Assembly (NCBI GenBank): GCA_044354455.1
Contig: JBILAB010000001.1
Location: 1 to 52,634 of the forward strand
Source of the DNA: Crocinitomicaceae bacterium
GTDB lineage: Bacteria; Bacteroidota; Bacteroidia; Flavobacteriales_D; Crocinitomicaceae
DNA length: 52,634 nt
Reading direction: 5' to 3'
Position numbers and translations under genes: made by a program. The notes beneath the pieces are model-generated. The model did no database searches and was not told where the DNA came from. It was given only the letters and a program-made list of their open reading frames with translations. Within the stretch, counting starts at the first letter, position 1, and the number at the start of each line of letters is the position of its first letter. Shown piece by piece: positions 1 through 8,089 of the stretch.

Positions 1-490
1 CCATTAACAAGCCAGGCACAATTTTGTCACAAATTCCCAAGCATAAAACCGCATCAAACATGTTGTGAGAAAGCCCAATTGCAGTAGAAAGTGCTATTAC
101 ATCTCTGCTAAACAAAGATAATTCCATTCCAGGCTGACCTTGTGTTACTCCATCACACATAGCAGGAACAGCGCCAGCTACTTGAGCCACAGCATTGTGT
201 TTTTGAGCATAAGCTCTGAGTTCAGCAGGATAGTTCTCGTAGGTTTTATGTGCTGAAAGCATGTCATTATAGGCTGTAATGATTCCAATATTTGGAACTT
301 TTTCTTCAGAAAGATTATTTTTATCAGTAGTTCCGCATGCAGCAAAAGCATGTGCAAGATTACCGCAGTGCATCGCTTGTCTAGCAACTCCATCAGAATA
401 GGCAGATTGCATCTGATCAAGATAAATAGCTCGAGTAGCTTTGCTTCGTTCTATTACGCGTTTTGTAACTTCTAAAATTCGTTGATTCAT
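1..490 (-). CDS. edd: Phosphogluconate dehydratase (Entner-Doudoroff), N-terminal part. The gene continues past the window start.
   Basis: This reverse-strand ORF is open to the window edge, so it is absent from the ORF track. My translation from the ATG at 488-490 is MNQRILEVTKRVIERSKATRAIYLDQMQSAYSDGVARQAMHCGNLAHAFAACGTTDK...AVPAMCDGVTQGQPGMELSLFSRDVIA...CDKIVPGLLM. It is collinear with the N-terminus of E. coli Edd (IlvD/Edd family). Confidence 0.85.
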   Translation of the reverse strand, partial: MNQRILEVTKRVIERSKATRAIYLDQMQSAYSDGVARQAMHCGNLAHAFAACGTTDKNNLSEEKVPNIGIITAYNDMLSAHKTYENYPAELRAYAQKHNAVAQVAGAVPAMCDGVTQGQPGMELSLFSRDVIALSTAIGLSHNMFDAVLCLGICDKIVPGLLM

Positions 491-497
491 ATTTGGT

Positions 498-1154
498 TTA
501 TTTCGAATAATAAATCGCTGTTATAGACCCAATAAAATGTGAAATAGGCAACTTATTTTTTGCAGCACTGAAAAGTACTTCTTTTTTATTTTCTCCGGTA
601 AGCATTAAGAAAATATTTTTTGAAGAAAGCAGCAATTTTGGAGTGCAAGTCATTCTTCTTGTGGGATTTGTGGGAGAATTTGTAAAAAAAATATTCTGAT
701 CAGAATTCATTGCTTTATTTGAGTCACTGTCGTTTGGAAAAAGAGATGCAGTATGTCCATCTTCACCCATTCCTAAAATGATAACACTTGCGTCATTAAA
801 AATAGTATAACTTTCATTTGTCCTTAATAAATTTAACGCTTCGTTATCGGCACTAAAAATCATTGGAATAAAGGTTGCATTTTTTGCTTCATTAATCAAA
901 AAGCATGTTTTCACTAATTTTTCATTTGAAAAGTCGCTTGAATTTTCCACAAAACGCTCATCAACTAAACCAACGATAACTTTAGACCAATCTAGTTGAG
1001 TTGAGCTTAATTTACGATACAATCCACTTGGTGTTCTGCCACCTGAAAGAAGTATTTTTGCTTTTCCAAACTTAATAATATCTTCACTAATTATGAACTT
1101 GATATCTTGTAAAAGAGCATCTTCTAACTCTTCTTTTGAAGCATGTAGTCTCAT
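498..1154 (-). CDS. pgl: 6-phosphogluconolactonase
   Basis: It has the SGGRTP and MGEDGHTASLFP motifs of the glucosamine/galactosamine-6-P isomerase / 6PGL family. The track ORF starts at 1181, but the ATG at 1152-1154 overlaps the zwf stop (ATGA at 1151-1154), which is typical translational coupling. 1181 remains a possible start. Confidence 0.85.
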   Translation of the reverse strand: MRLHASKEELEDALLQDIKFIISEDIIKFGKAKILLSGGRTPSGLYRKLSSTQLDWSKVIVGLVDERFVENSSDFSNEKLVKTCFLINEAKNATFIPMIFSADNEALNLLRTNESYTIFNDASVIILGMGEDGHTASLFPNDSDSNKAMNSDQNIFFTNSPTNPTRRMTCTPKLLLSSKNIFLMLTGENKKEVLFSAAKNKLPISHFIGSITAIYYSK

Positions 1155-2632
1155 TGATCTCTCCATGATTTTGTAATCCATGAATCGTTTTCCTCTAAAA
1201 TATCATCACCAGGACCCCATGTCCCTGCTTCGTATAAAACATTATTTTGACCAGTAGATTTCCAACTAGAAGTTATTGACTCAATCCAAGACCAAGCAGC
1301 TTGAAGTTCATCTTGTCGCATAAACAACGTTTGATTTCCTCGAATTACGTCAATAATTAGTCGCTCATAAGCTTCTGGAAATCGTTCTTTAAAAGAATCA
1401 ATGTAATCTAATTTTAGGGCGATGGGTTTGTAGCGATATCCTCCAGGGCCAGGTACTTTTGTCATTTGAACAAGCTCGATTCTTTCTTCTGGTTGCAAGC
1501 GAATGATGAGTTTATTATTGTTTAATTTTTCCTTTGAAGGAAAGATATTGTGACGAACTTCCTTGAAATTAATAACGATTTCAGAATAACGCTTTACCAT
1601 TCTTTTACCAGTTCGGATATAGAAAGGTACATTTTTCCATCTCCAATTATCTACATAAGCTTTTATAGCGACAAAAGTTTCAGTTTTGGATTGGTATTCC
1701 TCGATATCCTCCAAGTAGGAATTAACTTGTTTTCCTTTAACACTACCGCGAGTATATTGACCTTTAACGGTGTCGTTAGCAACATTTTTCTTAGAAATAG
1801 GGCGCAGAGCTCTCAAGACTTTTAATTTCTCGTTTCTCACTTCATCAGCTTCCAATAAGTGTGGTGGTTCCATGGCTACTAAACAAAGTAGTTGCAGTAA
1901 ATGATTTTGAACCATATCTAATAGCGCTCCGCTATTATCGTAATAAGCTGCACGTTTTTCAACTCCTAAACTTTCTGAAACTGTAATTTGGATGTTATCA
2001 ATGTGTTCTGAATCCCATGCTCGTTCAAATAAATTATTTGCAAAACGCAAAACCATTAAATTTTGGACAGTTTCTTTTCCAAGGTAGTGATCTATACGAT
2101 AAATTTGTTTTTCAGAAAATGCTTTTGTGATTTGAATATTGATTTCATTTGAAGATTCTAAGGAGTATCCCAAAGGTTTTTCTAATACAACTTTGCTATT
2201 TTTTTTAATTAAACCAGTCGATTTTAAAGTTTCAGCAATTGGTCCAAAAGCAGAGGAGGGAGTTGAAAAATAAAAAATATTTTGATAAGAAGGGAATTTA
2301 TTTAAGTAAGCTGCTAATTCTAAATAAGCCGCTTCATTCGCTTCCGCAACTTGAATTAATTGCACTTTTTTTGAAAAAATGGTAATGTCTTTCTCTATAG
2401 TGTCTTCTTCTGCACTTTCCTTGAGGAATTTTAGTAGGTTTTCGTTAAAACATGATCCGGAAACATTTTTTCTAGTTACTGCTATAACATTGTAATCTGT
2501 CAAAAACTGCCCGTCTTGGTCTCTGTGAAATAATGCAGGATATATTTTGCGCAAGGCTAAGTCGCCATCACCACCAAAAACAACAAGGTTAAAGGGGATG
2601 AATTCTTCTGTATGGCGATTTTTTTTTGTCAT
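1151..2632 (-). CDS. zwf: Glucose-6-phosphate dehydrogenase
   Basis: This 493-aa ORF has an N-terminal NADP fold (VVFGGDGDLALRKIYPALF), the diagnostic RIDHYLGKE active-site motif, and full-length collinearity with Zwf. Confidence 0.95.
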   Translation of the reverse strand: MTKKNRHTEEFIPFNLVVFGGDGDLALRKIYPALFHRDQDGQFLTDYNVIAVTRKNVSGSCFNENLLKFLKESAEEDTIEKDITIFSKKVQLIQVAEANEAAYLELAAYLNKFPSYQNIFYFSTPSSAFGPIAETLKSTGLIKKNSKVVLEKPLGYSLESSNEINIQITKAFSEKQIYRIDHYLGKETVQNLMVLRFANNLFERAWDSEHIDNIQITVSESLGVEKRAAYYDNSGALLDMVQNHLLQLLCLVAMEPPHLLEADEVRNEKLKVLRALRPISKKNVANDTVKGQYTRGSVKGKQVNSYLEDIEEYQSKTETFVAIKAYVDNWRWKNVPFYIRTGKRMVKRYSEIVINFKEVRHNIFPSKEKLNNNKLIIRLQPEERIELVQMTKVPGPGGYRYKPIALKLDYIDSFKERFPEAYERLIIDVIRGNQTLFMRQDELQAAWSWIESITSSWKSTGQNNVLYEAGTWGPGDDILEENDSWITKSWRDQ

Positions 2633-2664
2633 GTCAATTAAATGAAAAAGATGGTTTAATGTGT

Positions 2665-2672
2665 CAAAGTTA
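2665..2672 (-). promoter_or_regulatory. Candidate Bacteroidota sigma-A -7 box (TAACTTTG, consensus TAnnTTTG) for the zwf-pgl-edd operon
   Basis: The reverse complement of caaagtta is TAACTTTG, about 32 nt upstream of the zwf ATG in the divergent intergenic region. The motif is short and AT-rich, so a chance match is possible. Confidence 0.4.
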
Positions 2673-2765
2673 CACTAAGTAATTTATAAATTTAATATAA
2701 ATTAACTAATTTTAGCAACTTAAAGTTGTTAATTACATCTTAAAATTACATTTAATTTAATTTGC

Positions 2766-5366
2766 ATGATCCGAATTATTTTATTCATTTTATTCATTTT
2801 AATTTCACAATATGAATATGCTCAGAATTATGTTTTTGGAGAATTAACAGGAAATCCGTTAAATACTATTGGTTGGAATTTAACAGGAAATACATTTGTT
2901 GGGGATACTCCAGGTGATGCTGATGCCTTTAGTGATGAACTTATTTTAACCAATGTTTTACAAACCCAAAGTGGTGGAGTTTTTTTTAATAATCCCATTA
3001 ATCTTTCAGTTTGTTCAAAATGGACAGTAGAGTTTGATTATCGACTTTGGGGTGGACCAGGTTCTTGCCCATATGGAATTGCAGATGGTCTAGCTTTTTG
3101 TTTCATTGATGTTCCACCAGCAGGTTTCGTTAATGGTGGAGGAATAGGTATTCCCCAAACTGCAAATGGTTTGAAAGTCGTTTTAGATACTTACGAAAAT
3201 GGCTGTGGGACTAACCCAGAGTTGCAAATATTTTCTGGTATAGGATATGATGAATGCGCTCCAGCAATGGTTAAATTAACGAATATCAATGGAAATCTTA
3301 ATTTCATTAGAAATTCAGCTTATCAGCATGTCAAAATAACTTATATTAATGGTTTAATTAGTCTTTATTTAAATAATACGTTTTATTTATCTGCAACTTT
3401 TATAACTAATTTTACAGGTTATATGGGTTTTACTGCTTCAACTGGAGGCGGTTGTGATCAACAATCAATAAAAAATGCAATTATTTTGACTGAGCAGGCA
3501 ATTTCGGATGCTGGACCAGTTAATGGTTCTACTTGTAGTGATGTTCCTTTGAGTATTGGCGTAACAAATAATCCACTCTATTCTTATTCTTGGTCGCCTG
3601 CATTGGGTTTGAGTTCAACTTCTGCTTCTAATCCTACTTTAACATTAACAAATTCAACGAATTCACCAATTACTTATATTTACACTGTTTCTACTACCTT
3701 ACTTACAAATTTTAGTGCTTGTCCAACAACAGATCAAATTTCTGTTACAATTCACCCAATCCCAACAATGACAAGTCCTGAATTAGGTGTAATTTGCTCA
3801 GGAATACCCTTAAATTTTCCTTTAACATCCAATGTTACAAGTGTTAATTATTCCTGGTTAGCAGCGATAAATCCTGATGTTATCGGAGCAAGTACGATAT
3901 CAGCAATCACAAATCCTACAATAAATAACACACTTATTAATTCCACTTTAATTCCCCAAACTGTTGATTATACTGTTACACCCTCATCAAATCCTGGAGC
4001 TTGTCTAGGATTACCACAAACAGTTTCTATTTCTGTAAATCCTATTCCAACTATGACCAGTACTGCTACAGAAGTAATTTGTTCAGGCGAAACCTTAAAT
4101 TTCTCTCTAACATCAAATCTTCCGAGTTCATATTCCTGGGTAGCCGCTTCTAGCGCTACTATAGTTGGAGAAACAACAACTCCAACTTTAAGTCCCACCA
4201 TTAATAATACTCTTGTTAATACAACGACGACTAATCAAAATATTATTTATACAATTACACCAACATCAATAGCTGATGCTTGTGTTGGACAAGCACAAGC
4301 AGTAACAGTTACAGTTAATGCAAGCCCAATATTAACATGTCCTTTAAACGGAGTTATTTGTTCTGAAACGCAATTAAATTTCCCTTTAACTTCTAATACA
4401 CCTAGCGCTTTTTCATGGGTAGCTGCTGTTAATACAAATATTAATGGTGCAAGTATAACACCAATTATAAGTTCAATAATTGATAATACACTTATTAATT
4501 CTAGTCTTGGTCCGCAAAATATTGTTTACACAATTACATCAACTACACTAGCTGATGCCTGCATTGGTATAGAGCCAGTAACAATTACTGTAAATCCAAA
4601 GCCTGTATTATTAATTACCCCTGACCAGGAAATGTGCTCGGGTGATATTGTTCAGATTGATGTTAGTGGTGGAACTATTTATCAATGGGGTATTTCTCCT
4701 GTAGTATCAAATTCTAGTTCAAATCAGAACTTGGTTTCTCCGAGTCAAACATCAACTTATGAGGTTATTGGGTTCAATATTTACACTTGCTCTGACACCG
4801 TTGAATCTATTGTTACTGTTAATCCTAATCCAATTGCAGATTTTAGTGTAGACCGCACTTTATTGACGAGTGATGATCCTACTATTACAATTACGAATAA
4901 TAGTAGTGGTGGTGTCTCTAATATCTGGGATTTCGGCGATGACAATCAATTAGAAAATAATTTAAATACGATTGATTATTCGTATCCTTTTTCAGAAGGA
5001 GACTATTTAATTGAATTGCTTGTAATTTCTGTTGATGGTTGTTTGGATTCGACAGAGCATTTAATTCAAATTAAAGGCGATGATATCTATTATGTTCCAA
5101 ATTCTTTTACGCCAGATGGTGATGAATTCAATAATTCTTTCTTGCCGATATTTACAACAGGTTTTGATCCAGCGAATTATGAGTTCACAATTTACAATCG
5201 TTGGGGAGAAATTATTTTTGTTTCTAAAAACCATCTAACTGCTTGGGATGGTACTTTTAATAATAAATTATGCAAAGAAGGACTTTATCCTTTTACAATC
5301 AAATACAAAAACCCAGATATTGATAGATTTAAAATAATTTCTGGTCACATTAATTTATTGAGATAA
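2766..5366 (+). CDS. Secreted multidomain adhesin-like protein. It has a signal peptide, an L-type (legume-like) lectin domain, three tandem PKD-like repeats, further Ig/PKD-like modules and a T9SS type B (gliding motility-associated) C-terminal domain.
   Basis: The N-terminus is hydrophobic (MIRIILFILFILISQYEYAQ). The lectin-like block has ADGLAFCF and GFTASTGG motifs. There are three ~93-aa repeats (NPIPTMTS..ICSG..LNF.LTSN..SYSW.A..........INNTL.N......Y.....S...C). A WDFGDDN PKD-type motif is present. The C-terminus YYVPNSFTPDGDEFNNSFLPIF...FTIYNRWGEIIF...WDGTF is typical of the T9SS type B sorting domain. Confidence 0.85.
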   Translation: MIRIILFILFILISQYEYAQNYVFGELTGNPLNTIGWNLTGNTFVGDTPGDADAFSDELILTNVLQTQSGGVFFNNPINLSVCSKWTVEFDYRLWGGPGSCPYGIADGLAFCFIDVPPAGFVNGGGIGIPQTANGLKVVLDTYENGCGTNPELQIFSGIGYDECAPAMVKLTNINGNLNFIRNSAYQHVKITYINGLISLYLNNTFYLSATFITNFTGYMGFTASTGGGCDQQSIKNAIILTEQAISDAGPVNGSTCSDVPLSIGVTNNPLYSYSWSPALGLSSTSASNPTLTLTNSTNSPITYIYTVSTTLLTNFSACPTTDQISVTIHPIPTMTSPELGVICSGIPLNFPLTSNVTSVNYSWLAAINPDVIGASTISAITNPTINNTLINSTLIPQTVDYTVTPSSNPGACLGLPQTVSISVNPIPTMTSTATEVICSGETLNFSLTSNLPSSYSWVAASSATIVGETTTPTLSPTINNTLVNTTTTNQNIIYTITPTSIADACVGQAQAVTVTVNASPILTCPLNGVICSETQLNFPLTSNTPSAFSWVAAVNTNINGASITPIISSIIDNTLINSSLGPQNIVYTITSTTLADACIGIEPVTITVNPKPVLLITPDQEMCSGDIVQIDVSGGTIYQWGISPVVSNSSSNQNLVSPSQTSTYEVIGFNIYTCSDTVESIVTVNPNPIADFSVDRTLLTSDDPTITITNNSSGGVSNIWDFGDDNQLENNLNTIDYSYPFSEGDYLIELLVISVDGCLDSTEHLIQIKGDDIYYVPNSFTPDGDEFNNSFLPIFTTGFDPANYEFTIYNRWGEIIFVSKNHLTAWDGTFNNKLCKEGLYPFTIKYKNPDIDRFKIISGHINLLR
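3750..4590 (+). repeat. Three in-frame tandem repeats of about 276-285 nt (PKD-like protein modules) inside the adhesin gene
   Basis: Repeat boundaries fall at about 3750, 4035, 4314 and 4590. Each begins with (V/I)(N/H)P(I/S/K)P and contains the conserved ICSG..LNF.LTSN and INNTL(I/V)N segments. Confidence 0.8.
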
Positions 5367-5467
5367 TAGATCAATAGTTAGCATCCTAGTTCTTGGAGTT
5401 GTCTGAAATCTTTATTTTGAAGACTATTTTATAATAAAAAAAACAACAAACAAAATATTAGCGAAAT

Positions 5468-5494
5468 AAAAAAAGGCCAATCTTTTGATTGACC
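5468..5494 (-). terminator. Rho-independent terminator downstream of the tRNA
   Basis: On the minus strand the hairpin is GGTCAATC-AAAA-GATTGGCC (8 bp including one G-U), followed directly by 7 U. Confidence 0.7.
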
Positions 5495-5501
5495 TTAAAT
5501 G

Positions 5502-5575
5502 TAGCGAGACCGAGAGTTGAACTCGGGACCTTTGGGTTATGAATCCAATGCTCTAACCAACTGAGCTATCTCGCC
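5502..5575 (-). tRNA. tRNA with anticodon CAT. It is either elongator tRNA-Met or tRNA-Ile2, which is read after lysidine modification.
   Basis: I folded it by hand into a 74-nt cloverleaf. The acceptor is GGCGAGA/TCTCGCT (G1-U72 wobble), the D arm is GCTC-AGTTGGTTA-GAGC, and the anticodon loop is TTCATAA. The variable loop is AGGTC, the T arm is CCGAG-TTCAACT-CTCGG, and the discriminator is A. No CCA is encoded. Confidence 0.9.
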
Positions 5576-5590
5576 ATAAATTAGATTTTA

Positions 5591-5812
5591 CTAATATTCG
5601 TCTTCGTTAAAGAGAAAATCTTCGCGAGAGGGATAATCTGGCCAAATTTCTTCAATGTTTTCATATAAATCGCCCTCATCCTCTAAATCTTGTAAATTCT
5701 CAACAACTTCTAATGGTGATCCTGTTCGAATAGCAAAGTCTATTAATTCTTCTTTTGTTGCCGGCCATGGTGCATCTTCTAAATATGATGCTAATTCAAG
5801 TGTCCAATACAT
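5591..5812 (-). CDS. DUF2795 domain-containing small acidic protein
   Basis: This 73-aa ORF has the pattern L..A.WPATKEELIDFA...G.P.EVVENL..L, characteristic of DUF2795 proteins common in Bacteroidota. A -7 box lies upstream. Confidence 0.7.
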   Translation of the reverse strand: MYWTLELASYLEDAPWPATKEELIDFAIRTGSPLEVVENLQDLEDEGDLYENIEEIWPDYPSREDFLFNEDEY

Positions 5813-5842
5813 ATGTAGTTGTTTTGTAAATTTCTATTTCGG

Positions 5843-5850
5843 CAAAAGTA
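5843..5850 (-). promoter_or_regulatory. Candidate -7 box (TACTTTTG) for the DUF2795 gene and probably the downstream tRNA
   Basis: The reverse complement of caaaagta matches TAnnTTTG, about 30 nt upstream of the ATG at 5812. Confidence 0.4.
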
Positions 5851-5916
5851 TACTTTATTTTATATATACCAAATAATTAGTTCATTCTTGTTGTTTTTTT
5901 TAAAGAAATAATAGAT

Positions 5917-6465
5917 TTAGAGTCTTGGCTTCCATATTTCTTCGACTGCTCCAAAATCTTGAGAGAGTTTCCTGCAAACCGTAAAGAGATAATCACTTAG
6001 TCTATTGAGATAACTTAAGACAAACGGGTCAACAAATTCTATATCACTTAATTCAACGACAATTCTTTCAGCTCTTCTGCAAACGCATCGCGCTACGTGG
6101 CAAAAAGATACAGCTTGGTGTCCGCCAGGTAAGACAAAAAATCTCATTTCTGGTAATGTAAGATTCATCTCATCAATCCACTTTTCTAAATTAGAAATGT
6201 CTTCATCGCAAAGGGAAGGTAATTTCATGCTCGATTTTTCAGGGTCTGCAGCCAAACTGGAACCAATAGTAAATAATCTATCTTGAATTTCTATTAGTTG
6301 AATTTTAGTCTTGGAATCGATTTCAAAATCTCTCACAAGTCCAATGAATGAATTGAGTTCATCAATCGTGCCATAGGAATCAATACGTAAAGATTTTTTT
6401 GAAATTCTTGTCCCTCCAATTAATCCGGTAATTCCTTTATCTCCTTTTTTAGTATATATTTTCAT
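5917..6465 (-). CDS. ATP:cob(I)alamin adenosyltransferase, PduO/MMAB type
   Basis: This 182-aa ORF has the N-terminal MKIYTKKGDKGITGL...R.SK...RI..YGTIDELNS.IG signature of the PduO-type adenosyltransferase family. Confidence 0.85.
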   Translation of the reverse strand: MKIYTKKGDKGITGLIGGTRISKKSLRIDSYGTIDELNSFIGLVRDFEIDSKTKIQLIEIQDRLFTIGSSLAADPEKSSMKLPSLCDEDISNLEKWIDEMNLTLPEMRFFVLPGGHQAVSFCHVARCVCRRAERIVVELSDIEFVDPFVLSYLNRLSDYLFTVCRKLSQDFGAVEEIWKPRL

Positions 6466-6475
6466 TGTTTTGAAA

Positions 6476-7699
6476 TCAATTTAAATTATCCAAACTCTTT
6501 TCTAAATTTACTGCTTCTTCTCCAATAAGCACTAGAATTTTTTGCAGTACTTCATCAACAATAACATCTGGACATGAAGCTCCAGATGTTACAATTACAC
6601 GAATTGATTCTTTTTCGGGAAGGAATTCTTTTTTCTTTTTTAGCGCTTGTGTATGAATGTCGTAACTTAATATTTCATTTTTAGAATAGATAGCATCTTG
6701 ATTACTAATAAAAAAAGTTGTGAACTTGCTTTCTAAAAGTTCAACTAGGTGCGTGGTATTGGAACTATTATGACCTCCAATAACAATTGCTATATCTGCT
6801 TCTTTTTCAAGTAAACCATAAGTTGCAGATTGATTGTCATTCGTTGCATAACATAGTGTATCTCTAGTATCAGCAATATGAGATTTAATAGCTTCTCCCC
6901 CATATTTTTTTTCCATTACACCGCGTAAATAATCAGTAATCTTTTGGGTTTCTGAAGCAAGCATGGTTGTTTGGTTAATAACACCTATTTTTTCTAAATG
7001 AGCCTGAGGATTGAAGCCCTTTGATATTTTATCTTTAAAATATTCAAAAAAAGCAACTTCATTTTTTTTTCCTTCAATAAATTCTGCTAATTCTTTTGTA
7101 TCGTCCATATTTTCAAGAACAATTACAGGAGCATTTTTTTCGCTGTGAGAAAATGTAGCTCTTGTTTCCTCGTGATTTAGTTTACCATGAACGACAATCG
7201 TATGCTCTGTTTCCCCTAATTTTTGAGAGCGATTCCAAACTTTTTCTACAAAGGGGCAAGTTGTGTTGTAGGTTTCAATATTCACACCAATTTTTTTCAA
7301 GCGATTTTCTATTTCAAAAGTTGTTCCAAATGCAGGAATAATTACAATGTCTTCTTTTTTTAAGGTGTCAAAAGGAATTAATTGTTTGCCATTTGTATCT
7401 TGTAAAAATTGAACTCCATTTGCTATTAAATCTTCATTGACGTTTGGATTATGAATCATCTCGCTAATCAAAAAAATACGTTTGTCAGGATTTTCCTCAA
7501 TTGCTTTGTAACTTCTTTCAATTGCATTTTCTACACCGTAACAAAATCCAAAATGACGAGCAAAAATAAAGGTCACTTTATTTAAAGTTAATTCTAATGC
7601 ACTAAAATCTTTTTTTCGAGGGTCTTCTAATTTTCTTTTTGCCTTTACCTTTGAAATAATCGGTGAGCGATAAAAATCAGGAACTTGAAATTGTTTCAT
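6476..7699 (-). CDS. ispH: 4-hydroxy-3-methylbut-2-enyl diphosphate reductase (long Bacteroidota form)
   Basis: This 407-aa ORF has the three Fe-S cysteine contexts FGFCYGV, TTCPFV and SGASCPD, plus GGHNSSNTTHL, as in IspH/LytB. Confidence 0.9.
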   Translation of the reverse strand: MKQFQVPDFYRSPIISKVKAKRKLEDPRKKDFSALELTLNKVTFIFARHFGFCYGVENAIERSYKAIEENPDKRIFLISEMIHNPNVNEDLIANGVQFLQDTNGKQLIPFDTLKKEDIVIIPAFGTTFEIENRLKKIGVNIETYNTTCPFVEKVWNRSQKLGETEHTIVVHGKLNHEETRATFSHSEKNAPVIVLENMDDTKELAEFIEGKKNEVAFFEYFKDKISKGFNPQAHLEKIGVINQTTMLASETQKITDYLRGVMEKKYGGEAIKSHIADTRDTLCYATNDNQSATYGLLEKEADIAIVIGGHNSSNTTHLVELLESKFTTFFISNQDAIYSKNEILSYDIHTQALKKKKEFLPEKESIRVIVTSGASCPDVIVDEVLQKILVLIGEEAVNLEKSLDNLN

Positions 7700-7855
7700 T
7701 CTTAAATTGTAACGATAAATAGAATTATTTGTTCATTTTAAACAAATTTAATAAAAGGATGTTTCAAATTTAAGGTTAATTGCAACATAATTTAGAATTA
7801 AGGGCAAGCTGTTAATAAATAGCTTGACTTTTTATTCCTCTCTTTAATTTCTAAT

Positions 7856-7863
7856 TAATTTTG
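7856..7863 (+). promoter_or_regulatory. Candidate -7 box (TAATTTTG) upstream of the small ORF and kmo
   Basis: It is an exact TAnnTTTG match 12 nt before the ATG at 7875. Confidence 0.35.
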
Positions 7864-7874
7864 TTAAAAGATGT

Positions 7875-8084
7875 ATGACGATTCAAGAGCTAATTCAATT
7901 TAAATATACTGGAGAACTAGATCAAACAATCTCCTATGTTAATGTTACTATTCAAGCAGTTTCAGTTTTGATTGGCGGCTTATTAATTTGGCGTTTTATG
8001 AGCGCTTGGCAACGCAAAAAAAAACTAGAAAGAAGAAGAAATCCTTTCTTTGAGTCAGCTTATTCAAAGCACTGGAGAAAATAA
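7875..8084 (+). CDS. Hypothetical small membrane protein (one predicted TM helix and a basic C-terminus)
   Basis: This 69-aa ORF ends 5 nt before kmo. It has the hydrophobic segment VTIQAVSVLIGGLLIWRFMSAW followed by QRKKKLERRR, and a candidate promoter just upstream. I recognise no family. Confidence 0.4.
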   Translation: MTIQELIQFKYTGELDQTISYVNVTIQAVSVLIGGLLIWRFMSAWQRKKKLERRRNPFFESAYSKHWRK

Positions 8085-8089
8085 AATTT

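Noticed and set aside
178-420. 80-aa minus-strand ORF from the track
   Set aside because: It lies in a different frame inside the clearly recognisable edd reading frame (1-490, minus) and has a low-complexity, family-less translation. It is a shadow ORF.
1550-1825. Antisense or out-of-frame ORFs nested in well-supported genes. The full list is 1550-1825, 3968-4201, 5655-5876, 9552-9740, 11693-11905, 13083-13274, 16865-17089, 18344-18634, 18394-18612, 23787-24068, 35346-35558, 35395-35577, 36269-36460, 36686-36970, 43557-43745, 43890-44141, 47592-47792, 47844-48041, 48072-48281, 49742-49996 and 50914-51096.
   Set aside because: Each is fully or largely contained within a longer ORF that has strong family motifs. 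Their translations are low-complexity (Ser/Leu/Phe/Lys-rich) with no recognisable domain, which is typical of shadow ORFs in AT-rich DNA.
2716-2728. Perfect 6-1-6 palindrome CAACTTAAAGTTG in the zwf/adhesin divergent spacer, considered as a possible operator
   Set aside because: No regulator gene is adjacent and the motif does not recur elsewhere in the window. Short AT-rich palindromes are expected by chance in this composition. It is worth revisiting only if the motif recurs upstream of other sugar-catabolic genes in the genome.
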